Shown here: piece after piece, positions 8,898 to 17,800 of the stretch
Layout: the number at the start of each line of letters is the position of its first letter
How positions within the stretch are numbered: position 1 is the stretch's first letter
Assembly (NCBI GenBank): GCA_035715365.1
Contig: DASTLB010000022.1
Location: forward strand, 336,242-400,241
Direction: 5' to 3'
Length of the DNA stretch: 64,000 nt
DNA from: Kofleriaceae bacterium
Lineage (GTDB): Bacteria > Myxococcota_A > Polyangia > Haliangiales > Haliangiaceae
The notes under the pieces: generated by a model
Told to the model about the DNA's origin: nothing
The model's input: the letters and a program-made list of their open reading frames with translations, nothing else
Databases searched by the model: none
Translations under genes and position numbers: made by a program

Positions 8898-9652
8898 GAT
8901 GCAATCTCCTCTGCGTGGCGTGCGAGCGCCCGCTCCAGATCGGTGAGCTGAAGGCACGGTAACCCGCCCGCCTTCGCGTTGTGAACGTCGTCGGCGCCGA
9001 GATAGCCCCACAGCGCCAGGTGCGCGGAAATCCCGCGCTTCAGCGCCGGGAGTGCGTGGTGCGCGTAGTCGTCGAGGAAGAACACCGCGCTCGCCGGCAG
9101 CCCTCGCGCCTCGGCGGCCTCGACGAGGATCTGCCACTTCTCCTTCGTCCCCGAGCGCGGCAGCAGCGTCGGCGTGATGCCCGCGAAGTGGCCGAGGATC
9201 CGCTGGATCGAGCGATCGTCGCGCGTCGACAGGATCACGGCGTCACCGCCGAGCTTGCGAAACGCCTGCACGGCGTCGGCGAACGGCTCGATGACGGAAC
9301 ACCAGGTCGCGACGTCCTCGGACAGCTCGCCGCGTGTCGCGAAGTAGAGGTCGGTGAACGAGGCGAGCTCGGCCTTGCGCGCGTTCGCGATCGCGAGGAA
9401 CTGCTCGGTCGTCGACGGTAACTGCTCCGTCGCCAGCAGGTCGAGCAGCACCGCGTACTGCCACGGCGGACCGACCCAGTGGCGGTGCGCGAGGAACGCG
9501 GTCGCGAGCTCCGGCGTCGGCGACGCGACATCACGCCAGCGCTCGGCCGCGGGACCCGGGCGCTTCCTCGACGCCGCGTACGCGACCGCGAGGCACTCGC
9601 GCGCGGTGTCGAACAGCACGCCGTCGAAGTCGAACACGTAGAGCGGCTTCAC
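8894..9652 (-). CDS. HAD-superfamily phosphatase (DxDGV motif; KdsC / sugar-acid-phosphate phosphatase-like)
   Basis: N-terminal FDFDGVLFDT (HAD motif I), later ILSTRD and FFLDDYAHH (motifs II-IV). GTG start. Confidence 0.75.
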   Translation of the reverse strand: MKPLYVFDFDGVLFDTARECLAVAYAASRKRPGPAAERWRDVASPTPELATAFLAHRHWVGPPWQYAVLLDLLATEQLPSTTEQFLAIANARKAELASFTDLYFATRGELSEDVATWCSVIEPFADAVQAFRKLGGDAVILSTRDDRSIQRILGHFAGITPTLLPRSGTKEKWQILVEAAEARGLPASAVFFLDDYAHHALPALKRGISAHLALWGYLGADDVHNAKAGGLPCLQLTDLERALARHAEEIAS

Positions 9653-9659
9653 CGGACCC

Positions 9660-10697
9660 TCAGCGGAACAGGTCGACCGCGTCGGCGACGCGCGACGAGT
9701 AACCCCACTCGTTGTCGTACCAGAGCACGACCTTGAGCTGGCGGCCGCGGTTCAGCATCAGCCACCGCGTGTCGATGATGCAGCTGTGCTCGTCCTTCAG
9801 GTAGTCGACCGAGATCAGCGGCTCGTCGGTGATCCGCACGACGTGGCGGCCCTGCTGCGAGGCCTCGAGCGCGTGTAGCGCCTCGAGCACGGTCTGCTCG
9901 GTCGCGTCGCGCTCGAGGTGCAGCGTCATGTCGCCGCTCGACACGCATGGCGTCGGCACGCGATAGGACATGCACTTGAGGCGCCCGGCGAGCGCCGGCA
10001 GGATGCGCTCGCACGCGCTGACGACCGTCGTCGGCTTCGGGATCAGCGCGCCGACCGACGACCGGCCGAGCGGATAGTGCGAGTACGTCGCGCCCGGGTA
10101 CGCCTGCGAGCGCGCCGGACCGTCCATCAGGTTCTGGTACGACAGCCACGGGTGCAGCGTCGTGATGAAGCCGAACTCGACGCCGAACCGCTCGTCGAGC
10201 GTCTTCAGCACGGGCGCGGCGGCGATCGCGTCGCAGATGCTCGTCGACACGACGCGATGCTTCTTCGCGTCGAAACCCTGCTCGGTCGCACCGAACACGA
10301 GCGTGTAGTCCGCGCTCGGCGCGGCGTGCGTGATCAGGACCGGCGCGATCGAATCCGCGACCTTGCGCGCGTGCTTCTCGTTCAACGACGTGCCGGTCGC
10401 CTCGATCACGACGTCGACCTCGCCGTGCTGCCAGTCGACCGCGGCGATGTCGTTGACGTGCGTGACGCGGATCGACGCGTCGCCGACGTGCAGGCCCTCG
10501 TACGTCGCATCGACCTTCTGCGCGAGCCGGCCGTACGTGGTGTCGTACTTCAGCAGGTACGCGAGGTTCTCCTTGTCGACGTTCAGATCGTTGATGTGGA
10601 CGATCCGGTGCTTGCCGCTCTCGAGGAGGATCCGCGTGACCGCGCGGCCGATGCGGCCAAAGCCGTTGATCCCGATTCGCAAGGCGCGTGTGCTCAT
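9660..10697 (-). CDS. Glyceraldehyde-3-phosphate / erythrose-4-phosphate dehydrogenase family protein (divergent catalytic region)
   Basis: N-terminal RIGINGFGRIGR (GAPDH NAD-binding signature). The catalytic-Cys region reads STSICDAIAAAP rather than canonical ASCTTNCLAP. ATG at 10697 with a GGAGG RBS overlaps the upstream stop (ATGA). The track ORF 9660-11930 is a read-through artefact. Confidence 0.8.
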   Translation of the reverse strand: MSTRALRIGINGFGRIGRAVTRILLESGKHRIVHINDLNVDKENLAYLLKYDTTYGRLAQKVDATYEGLHVGDASIRVTHVNDIAAVDWQHGEVDVVIEATGTSLNEKHARKVADSIAPVLITHAAPSADYTLVFGATEQGFDAKKHRVVSTSICDAIAAAPVLKTLDERFGVEFGFITTLHPWLSYQNLMDGPARSQAYPGATYSHYPLGRSSVGALIPKPTTVVSACERILPALAGRLKCMSYRVPTPCVSSGDMTLHLERDATEQTVLEALHALEASQQGRHVVRITDEPLISVDYLKDEHSCIIDTRWLMLNRGRQLKVVLWYDNEWGYSSRVADAVDLFR

Positions 10698-11857
10698 GAT
10701 GACCTCCGGCTGCGTAGCTCGAGCAGCGTGCTGGCAATCCGATCCGCCGCCTGACCGCGATGGGCCAGGTGGCGCTCCAGAAACGAGTCGGCGCGCGGGC
10801 GCTCTCCCGCGACGAGCGCGGGCAATTCGCGCGCGAGGTTGTCGAGCGTCAGCCCGACGGCGGCGCCGCGCTCGACGTACTCGAAGATGTGGCCGTACTT
10901 CGGCAGCGCGAGTACCCCGAGCGGCAGCCCGAACGCGAGCGCCTCGAGGCCGACGGTCGACGCGAGCACGACCGCGGCCTGCCCCATCGCGAGCACCTCG
11001 AACAGCGGCTCGCTGCCGTCGAGCACCGTGACGTTTGCCTGCGGCGTGTGCTTCGCGGTGTTGCGAAACCCGGCGACGCTCTCGCGCGGGTGCAACTTGG
11101 CGACGATCGGCCGGCCTGCGAGCACCGGCGCCGCGCGCTCGAGGAACGCGTGGAACAGGTCGTACTTCTCGGCGGTCGTGCAGAAGCCCTGATCGTCGAT
11201 CGTGTTCGACAGGAACAGCAGCGGTCGCTCGGACAGGCCGAGCTTTGCTTGCAGCGCTTCGCCGCGCGCGCGCCACTGGGCGGGATCGACGTCGTCCCAG
11301 CGCGGCGTCCCGGTGATCACGACGTTCGCGCCGACCTTGCGAAAGTGCTCGGCGCTCGCCTCGCCCCACACGCACACCGCCGACGCGCCGCCGCCGCCGT
11401 ACGGCGCGCCCGCCGCCTGCTCGGTCGGCAGCGGAAACCGGATCCCCTCCTGGAGCAGCGCGAACGGCACCTCGGCGCGGCGCAGCTGCTCGGCGAGCTG
11501 GCCGTACGGGAACGCGGCATCGTTCGGCAGCACGACGACGTCGCTGCCGCGCAACAGCCAGCGCAAGCGCGGCGCGAGCACCGTGTGCCACGCGAGCTTC
11601 TGCGCCGTCGACCGCGCCGCGGCGCCGCCCGCGCCCTCGAGCCCGGCACCGACCGACGGATCCTTGCGGATCCAGCGCGGCAGCGCCTGCTTCACCGTCG
11701 TGTGCGGCACGAGCTTCGGCAGATCCGGCGTCTGGAAGCCGCGCAGCTCCGCCAGGGACACGAACCGCGTCGGCTCGCCCTGCGCCGCGAGCTTCTTCGC
11801 GACGGGCACCATCATGTCGACGTGGTGCCGCGGGTTCGTGAACACGAACGTCACCAT
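10694..11857 (-). CDS. Capsule-polysaccharide-biosynthesis-like transferase (KpsS/KpsC- or TagF-like, about 387 aa)
   Basis: Size and architecture resemble Capsule_synth/Glyphos_transf proteins: N-terminal Rossmann-like block, central LLFLSNTIDDQGF, C-terminal HPRES. Recognition is by general family resemblance only. The 7-nt ATGGTGA overlap links it to the upstream GT4. Confidence 0.45.
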   Translation of the reverse strand: MVTFVFTNPRHHVDMMVPVAKKLAAQGEPTRFVSLAELRGFQTPDLPKLVPHTTVKQALPRWIRKDPSVGAGLEGAGGAAARSTAQKLAWHTVLAPRLRWLLRGSDVVVLPNDAAFPYGQLAEQLRRAEVPFALLQEGIRFPLPTEQAAGAPYGGGGASAVCVWGEASAEHFRKVGANVVITGTPRWDDVDPAQWRARGEALQAKLGLSERPLLFLSNTIDDQGFCTTAEKYDLFHAFLERAAPVLAGRPIVAKLHPRESVAGFRNTAKHTPQANVTVLDGSEPLFEVLAMGQAAVVLASTVGLEALAFGLPLGVLALPKYGHIFEYVERGAAVGLTLDNLARELPALVAGERPRADSFLERHLAHRGQAADRIASTLLELRSRRSS

Positions 11858-12969
11858 GCCGCCGCTGCCTCGCCGAGCATCGCGCCCTGGTACTTCGCCA
11901 TCGCGGCGACAGTCGTGAACCGCTCGGCACCGCGGCGGGCGGCCTCGCTCATCCGGGCGTGGAGCTGCGCGTCGTCGAGCAAGCGCGCCGCGCGGTCAGC
12001 GAGCACGTGCGGATCGCCGACCGGCACGAGGAAGCCGGATACACCGTTCTCGATCACCTCGCGCGGCCCGAAGTCGGCATCGGTCGACACGACCGGCACG
12101 CCGCACGACATCGCCTGGATGATCCCGCCCGGCAGGCCCTCGGCGCGGCTCGCGTGGATCAGCAACTTCGAGCGCGCGAGGTACTTGAACGGGTTCGGAT
12201 CGAAGCCGTGGAACACGACGTCGTCGGCGAGGCCGAGCTGCTGCGCCTGCGCTTCGAGCTCGCGGTGCAGCGGGCCCTCGCCGAGCACGAACAGCCGGAC
12301 GCGCCGGCTCGCGCGCACGATCGCGAACGCGCGCAACATCGTGGGATAGTCCTTGATCGCGACGAGGCGGCCGATCGCGAGCAGCACCGGCACGTCGCCT
12401 CCGAACCACGGGTGGTCGACCGGCTCGGCGGCCTGGCGGCGCGTCTCGTCGTCGACGAGTGGGTTGTAGACGACGTGGACCTTCGTCTTCGCGAGGCCGA
12501 GCGCGCTGACGAGATCGTCGGCGACGCCGCGCGATACCGCGGTGACGACATCGGCGAGCCGGTAGGTCGCCATCTTCGCCGGCAACTCGATCGCCATGCG
12601 CGTCGGGCTACGATCGACGCGGCGGAGCGCGCTGCGCTCGGACACGACGAGCCGCGCCTTCGAGCGCGCGAGCACGTGCGCCATCGCCGCGACGATGTTC
12701 GCGCCGCCCTGCATCGCGAACACGACGTCGGGCCGTTCCTGGCGCAGCACGCGCGCGAGCGCCGGTACCGAGACCGCGAGCCGGCGCGTGCCGAGCTCGA
12801 TCGTCCGGACGTCCGGCGGGATCTCGCCGACGAACGAGCCCTCGCGGCGCAGCAGCGCGATCGACGGCTCGAACTTCGTGCGATCGAGGTGGCGCAGCAG
12901 CGTGATCGTCACGCGATCCGCGCCGCCCGACGCCAGCGTCGGCGTGAAGAACAGGACGCGTGTCGTCAC
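11851..12969 (-). CDS. Glycosyltransferase family 4 (GT-B, retaining)
   Basis: C-terminal EX7E-type motif [24 protein letters not shown]-terminal [21 protein letters not shown] start at 12969 overlaps the APS kinase stop (GTGA); the track start at 13014 would overlap cysC by 48 nt. Confidence 0.85.
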   Translation of the reverse strand: MTTRVLFFTPTLASGGADRVTITLLRHLDRTKFEPSIALLRREGSFVGEIPPDVRTIELGTRRLAVSVPALARVLRQERPDVVFAMQGGANIVAAMAHVLARSKARLVVSERSALRRVDRSPTRMAIELPAKMATYRLADVVTAVSRGVADDLVSALGLAKTKVHVVYNPLVDDETRRQAAEPVDHPWFGGDVPVLLAIGRLVAIKDYPTMLRAFAIVRASRRVRLFVLGEGPLHRELEAQAQQLGLADDVVFHGFDPNPFKYLARSKLLIHASRAEGLPGGIIQAMSCGVPVVSTDADFGPREVIENGVSGFLVPVGDPHVLADRAARLLDDAQLHARMSEAARRGAERFTTVAAMAKYQGAMLGEAAAAW

Positions 12970-13496
12970 GCCAGCTCCAGCCGCTCCAGCGTGGCGATGA
13001 TCTCGCGCTCGCACTCGGCGAGTGGCTTCAGATCGGTGCGGACCTCGAGCGTCGGCGCCGGCGGCGGCTCGTACGGATCCGAGATCCCGGTGAAGCTCGC
13101 GATCTCGCCGGCCTGGGCCTTCTTGTAGAGGCCCTTCACGTCGCGCGCGATCACGGTCTCGAGCGGCGCGTTCACGAACACCTCGACGAACGGGTGCCCG
13201 GCGGCCTCGCTCGCGGCCTTGAGCTCGGCGCGCGTGTCGGCGTACGGCGAGATCGCCGCGACGAACACGAGCACGCCGTGTTTCGCGAGCAGCCGGCCGA
13301 CGTACGCGATCCGGCGGACGTTGGTGTCGCGATCGGCGCGCGAGAATCCGAGGCCCGCGGTCAGGAACATGCGGACCTCGTCGCCGTCGAGCAGCTCGAT
13401 CGGGCGCCGCGTCGCGAGGCGCTGCGAGACCGCGGTCGCGAGCGTCGACTTGCCCGCGCCCGACAGGCCGGTGAGCCAGACGATCCCGCCGCGCAT
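12966..13496 (-). CDS. cysC: Adenylyl-sulfate kinase (APS kinase; makes PAPS)
   Basis: Walker [20 protein letters not shown], and [16 protein letters not shown], a textbook CysC. ATG at 13496 (the track's 13499 is a GTG) overlaps the upstream TGA by 1 nt. Confidence 0.9.
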   Translation of the reverse strand: MRGGIVWLTGLSGAGKSTLATAVSQRLATRRPIELLDGDEVRMFLTAGLGFSRADRDTNVRRIAYVGRLLAKHGVLVFVAAISPYADTRAELKAASEAAGHPFVEVFVNAPLETVIARDVKGLYKKAQAGEIASFTGISDPYEPPPAPTLEVRTDLKPLAECEREIIATLERLELA

Positions 13497-14704
13497 CACG
13501 CCGCTGCCTTCGGTGCGATCACCGGACGCACCACGGGCTTGCGCGCCGCAGCGGCGAGCTTGTCTTCTTCACGCAACGAGACGACGACGCCGAGCAAGAC
13601 CCACATGAGTGCAAACCGTAATCCTTGATGGGTCATGCCGTAGGCGAAGGCCGGGCCGACGACCATCCACGTCTGGAGAGGCGTTCGTTTCATGACGAAC
13701 CACATGAAGATGCCGAACAGCACCGTGCCGACGATGCCGTAGCAGAAGAACATCGTGCCGAGCGACGAGTGCAGCTCGTGCGAGCCGATCACCGTCGTGT
13801 CCTTGAACCGGCGATACGCGCCCTCGCCCGAGCCGAGCACCCAGTACTCGGGGTTGTTGACGATGCGGTCGTAGCCGCGCTCCTCGAAGAAGTCGTGCGA
13901 CTCGTCGCGATCGATGCGCTCCTGTGCGCGCTCGAGCGCGGCGGAGAACGGGTTCGGCGTCACGAGCAGGACGACGAACACGAGCGCCGCGACGATCATC
14001 GTGCGCAGCCGTCCGATCAGGATCGCGATCGCGAGCATCGCGATGCTGGCGAGCGCGGCCTTCGACGCCGACAGCAGCGCGAGGTAGCTCGCCATCGTCA
14101 CGCCCGCGAGCACCGCGACCGTCGACATCTTCGTGCGGCGCTGGCCGAGCAGCAGGATGCACGCGCACAGCAAACCGTAGTAGCCGAGCTGGTTCGGCTC
14201 GTTGAACGCGTTCGTCGAGCGCATGCGGCTCGAGCCACCGAGGCTGACGAGGATCTGCAGCCCGAGCGACACGAGGATCACGCGCGTCGTCAGCCACAGG
14301 AACTTCAGGCCGTATCGCCGGTGCAGCAGCAGGATCGTGAAGAACAGCAGCAGGTTGAAGATGTAGAACAGCGGGCTGAGGATGAAGCTGTCCTTGAGAT
14401 CGACCGAGATCTTGCCGACCCACACCGTCCACAGCAGGTTCGCGATCACCGCGTAGAGCACGAACCGCGCGAGCGCCATCAGCGTCCGGCGCGTGTCGGT
14501 CATCAGCTTGCCGTCCCACGACGCGAAGATCGACGGCATCAGCACGACGAGCAGCCACACCGCGGGCTGCGGCAGCCCGTTCGGCACGACGTAGAACGGG
14601 AAGAAGATGATGAAGAGGCTCCACGCGAGCAGCCGCGGATCGCGACAGATCGCGATCGCCTCGGCCATCGTGTGACCGAGCGAGGGAGGAACCCGGAACT
14701 TCAT
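13496..14704 (-). CDS. Wzy-like polysaccharide polymerase / O-antigen-ligase-family membrane protein (first gene of the operon)
   Basis: About 10-12 predicted TM helices and a large periplasmic loop ...[20 protein letters not shown]... typical of Wzy_C proteins. Conspicuously AT-richer (TTT/TTC codons) than neighbours. Confidence 0.6.
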   Translation of the reverse strand: MKFRVPPSLGHTMAEAIAICRDPRLLAWSLFIIFFPFYVVPNGLPQPAVWLLVVLMPSIFASWDGKLMTDTRRTLMALARFVLYAVIANLLWTVWVGKISVDLKDSFILSPLFYIFNLLLFFTILLLHRRYGLKFLWLTTRVILVSLGLQILVSLGGSSRMRSTNAFNEPNQLGYYGLLCACILLLGQRRTKMSTVAVLAGVTMASYLALLSASKAALASIAMLAIAILIGRLRTMIVAALVFVVLLVTPNPFSAALERAQERIDRDESHDFFEERGYDRIVNNPEYWVLGSGEGAYRRFKDTTVIGSHELHSSLGTMFFCYGIVGTVLFGIFMWFVMKRTPLQTWMVVGPAFAYGMTHQGLRFALMWVLLGVVVSLREEDKLAAAARKPVVRPVIAPKAAA

Positions 14705-14801
14705 CTGCAGAGCCGACGGTTTATAGCGTAGTTAGTCGTCGCGGCGCGCCCGAACGTTCGCGTCCACGGCGCAGGTTTGTGGCTCGTAAATTCGAGGATC
14801 T

Positions 14802-14847
14802 AGGCCCGAAAATGACGACGGGCCCGAGGCCTTGGCAGCCGCGGGCC
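14802..14847 (-). terminator. Candidate terminator hairpins after the repeat-lipoprotein gene (GGCCCG-n10-CGGGCC and GGGCCCG-n15-CGGGCCC)
   Basis: Two overlapping GC-rich inverted repeats 20-60 nt downstream of the stop at 14867 (minus strand). The minus-strand reading has a TTTT within or after the stem. Confidence 0.35.
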
Positions 14848-14866
14848 CGTCGAGCGCAGGCCGTGC

Positions 14867-17800
14867 CTACTGGCAGACGTGCGGTGCGCCGGTCACGTCG
14901 TCCGGCGGGCACACGCCGGTGCCACCGACCGACGTCGTGCACGCGATGCCCTGGCGGCGACCGATGTCGTCGGGGCACGTGATGTTGACGCCGTCGCACT
15001 TCTCCTGGCGGTCGCAGAACGTGTCCGCGTACGGCCGGCAGACCTTGCCGAGCAGCGTCGGTGCGCACACGCCGTCCGGCTGCCCGGTCAGCGTGCTCTT
15101 GCAGCTCTGGCAGTCGATCGCGTTGCCGCCGCAGGCGCTCTCGCAGCAGCGGCTGTCGACGCAGAACCCGCCGGTACCGCACTGCGCGTCCGTGCTGCAC
15201 AGGCTGCCGGTCGTCGCCGAGACCGTGATCTGGCGCGACACGACGCGGACCGTCTGCAGATCCGGGCGCTCCTTGACGTACGCGATGCGCGAGACCTTCG
15301 CCGCCGACGAATCGCCGAGCGCCGGGGTCGTCTCGTTCTCGGGGCCAGCGGAGATCACGAACTCGGGCTCGCCGACCGCACCGGTGGTGCCGATGCCGAT
15401 GCCGAAGATGTCCGAGCCGGTCGTCGCCGCATTGCGGCCGTCCTGCCACGCGACGAGGAAGCTACCGACGTTCTGCGCGACGGTCGGCGACGACTGCGCA
15501 CCGGTGGTGCCGCCGATGCCGAAGCCGCTCGGGTCGAGCACGTTCAGCGACGCGCCGGCCTGGATCCGAGCACCGAAGATGTCGCCCTCACCGTCGCTGC
15601 GACGGTCCTGCCACACCGCGAGGAAGATGCCGCCGGTGAACGCGAGGCTCGGCGTGAACTGGCTGCCAGTCGCGCCACCGCTGACCAGGACGCCGTTCGC
15701 ATCGAGCACGGTGCCCGTCGCGTCGATGCGCGCGCCGAAGATGTCGAAGTCGGTGTTGACGCGACCGTCCGACCACACGACGACCCACTGCTGGTTGTTC
15801 GTGTCGAACGCGACCGCGGGGCGGTTCTGATCACCGGCGGCGTCGCAGATCACGATGTCGTTCTTGATGATGTTGCCGCTCGCGTCGAGCAGCGCGCCCA
15901 TAATGTCGAAGCTCGTGCCGCGACGGTCCTGCCAGACCACGAGCGCGGCACCGGCAGCGGTGCCACCCGGGTTCGACACCGCGACGGCCGGCGTCAGCTG
16001 ATCGCCCGCGGCCTGCGCGAGCGGCGTACCGGCCGCGCTCGTCACCGAGCCATCGGTGTTGATCTTCGTCATGAACAGATCGGCGTCGACGCCGCTGCGC
16101 GTGTCGGACCAGATCGCGAACATCTGCGTGCCGCCCGAGCTCGAGATCGCCGGCGCGAACTGCGCGTTCGCGGAGCCGTTGAGCGTCAGCGCGTTCGCGT
16201 CGAGCTTCGTCAGGCCGTTGAACCGCACGAACATCACGTCGGTCGAGTCGTTGCTGCGGCTATCGGTCCACGCGACGACGTGCGTGTTGCCGGCGTGGCC
16301 GACCGCGGGGTTGAACTCGCGGTTGTTGCCGGTGACGAGCCGCAGGTTCGCGCCGACCGCACCCGCCGCCGAGACGGCCGAGCCGAACACGGTCTGGATG
16401 CGCGCGTCGCGCGAGTCGTGCCACACGCTGAAGAAGTTCGAGCCGTCGGTCGCGACCGCCGGCGCCTGCTGCGCCTGGTTCGCCGTCGCGATCTGGAGCT
16501 CGCCGCCCGCGAGCGTGAAGTCCGGGTTCAGGCGCTGGCCGAAGATGTCGAAGCTCGCGGTCGCGAAGTTGCGACGCTCGCGCCACACGACGAGGCAGGT
16601 CGCCGCGGTGCACGCGATCTTCGGCTGCTCCTGGCTATCGGCCGCGGTCGTGACCGGCACGCCACCGACGGTGAGCGTGTTCTCGACGCGCGTGTCGAGC
16701 ACCGCGCCCGCGGTCGTGACGCGCGTGCCGAAGATGTTGAGGCCGCCGTTGTTGTTGCTCCACGCGACCATGAAGTTCGTGCCGTTGAACGCGACCGTCG
16801 GGTCGAACTGGCGGTTCGCCGCGGCCGAGATGTCGAACGCCGCGCCGACCGAGCCGCCGGTCGTCACGATCGAGCCGCGCAGGTTCGCATCGGTCTGCGC
16901 GCCTTCCGACCACGCGACGAGGAACCCGGTCCCGGGCGCGCCCGCGACCGCCGACTGGATCTCGACGTTCGCCGAGGCCGCGACGTTGAACGGTGCGCCG
17001 AACGTGGTGCCGTTGAAGATCGCGCCCTGGATGTTCGCGGCGCCAACCGTCCACGTCAGCAGGCCCGTGCCGCCGGCGCTACCGAGCGCGGGCTCGGTCT
17101 CGCTCGTCGTGGTGCCCGCGATCGTGCCGAGCTGGGTGACCGCACCCGCGGACGACACGCGCGCAGCGACGATGTCGGACTCGGTGCCGTCGGTGACCTT
17201 GAAGTCCTCCCACGCGACGACGTACGTGCCGCCGGCGAACGTGACGGTCGGGTGGGTCTGGATGCCGGGGCCCGAGCCGATTAGGATGCCATCGGCGTCG
17301 AGGATCGTGCCCGACGGTGAGATCCGCGTGCCGAAGATGTCGGCATCGGTCGAGAGCCGGCGATCCGACCACACGACGAGGTAGTTCGTGCCGTCGGACG
17401 CGATCGCGGCCTGATTCGCGCCGGTGCCGGTACCGCCGTTGACCGGCGCATCGACCGCGACCTCGGCGGTGACCGTCGGATCGAGGACGGCCGGGAACGT
17501 CGAGGACTTCACGATGTCCTCGGGAACCGTCATGACGATCTGGCCATCGACGTAGCGCGCGTCGATCGGCCACGTCGTGCCCTTCGCATCGACCCACGTC
17601 GCGTCGCTGTAGCGGAAGCCGAGCGCGGTCGGCGACTTGAAGTGGAGGCCGGTCGCGGTGTCCGCGACGAACGTCTGGCCGACCACCGAGACGGAGACGA
17701 CGAGATCGCCATCGGCGAGCGGCGCGCTATCGAAGCGCCACGCCTGCTCGATGCCGTCCTCGCGGTTCGTGATCGTCTCGATCGCCGCGCCGCGCGTGGT

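Noticed and set aside
9660-11930. 756-aa minus-strand ORF that appears to fuse the GAPDH-like gene with upstream sequence
   Set aside because: Only the C-terminal 345 aa (from MSTRALRIGINGFGRIGR, ATG 10697 with GGAGG RBS) look like protein. The N-terminal 410 aa are R/A-rich read-through in an alternate frame of the capsule-like gene. Likewise 21578-25672 (1364 aa) is a read-through fusing the TSP3 lipoprotein with the antisense of the kinase gene, 45562-48045 fuses gatB with the gatA antisense, and 5482-6915, 8160-9137, 3166-4788, 48780-50111, 55472-56653 and 62682-63977 carry junk N-terminal extensions.
14705-14760. TATAAA -10-like hexamer 16 nt upstream of the Wzy-like start as the operon promoter
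   Set aside because: No acceptable -35 at 17 +/- 1 nt, and it would leave a leader of under 10 nt. Plausible, but not supported well enough to list as a feature.
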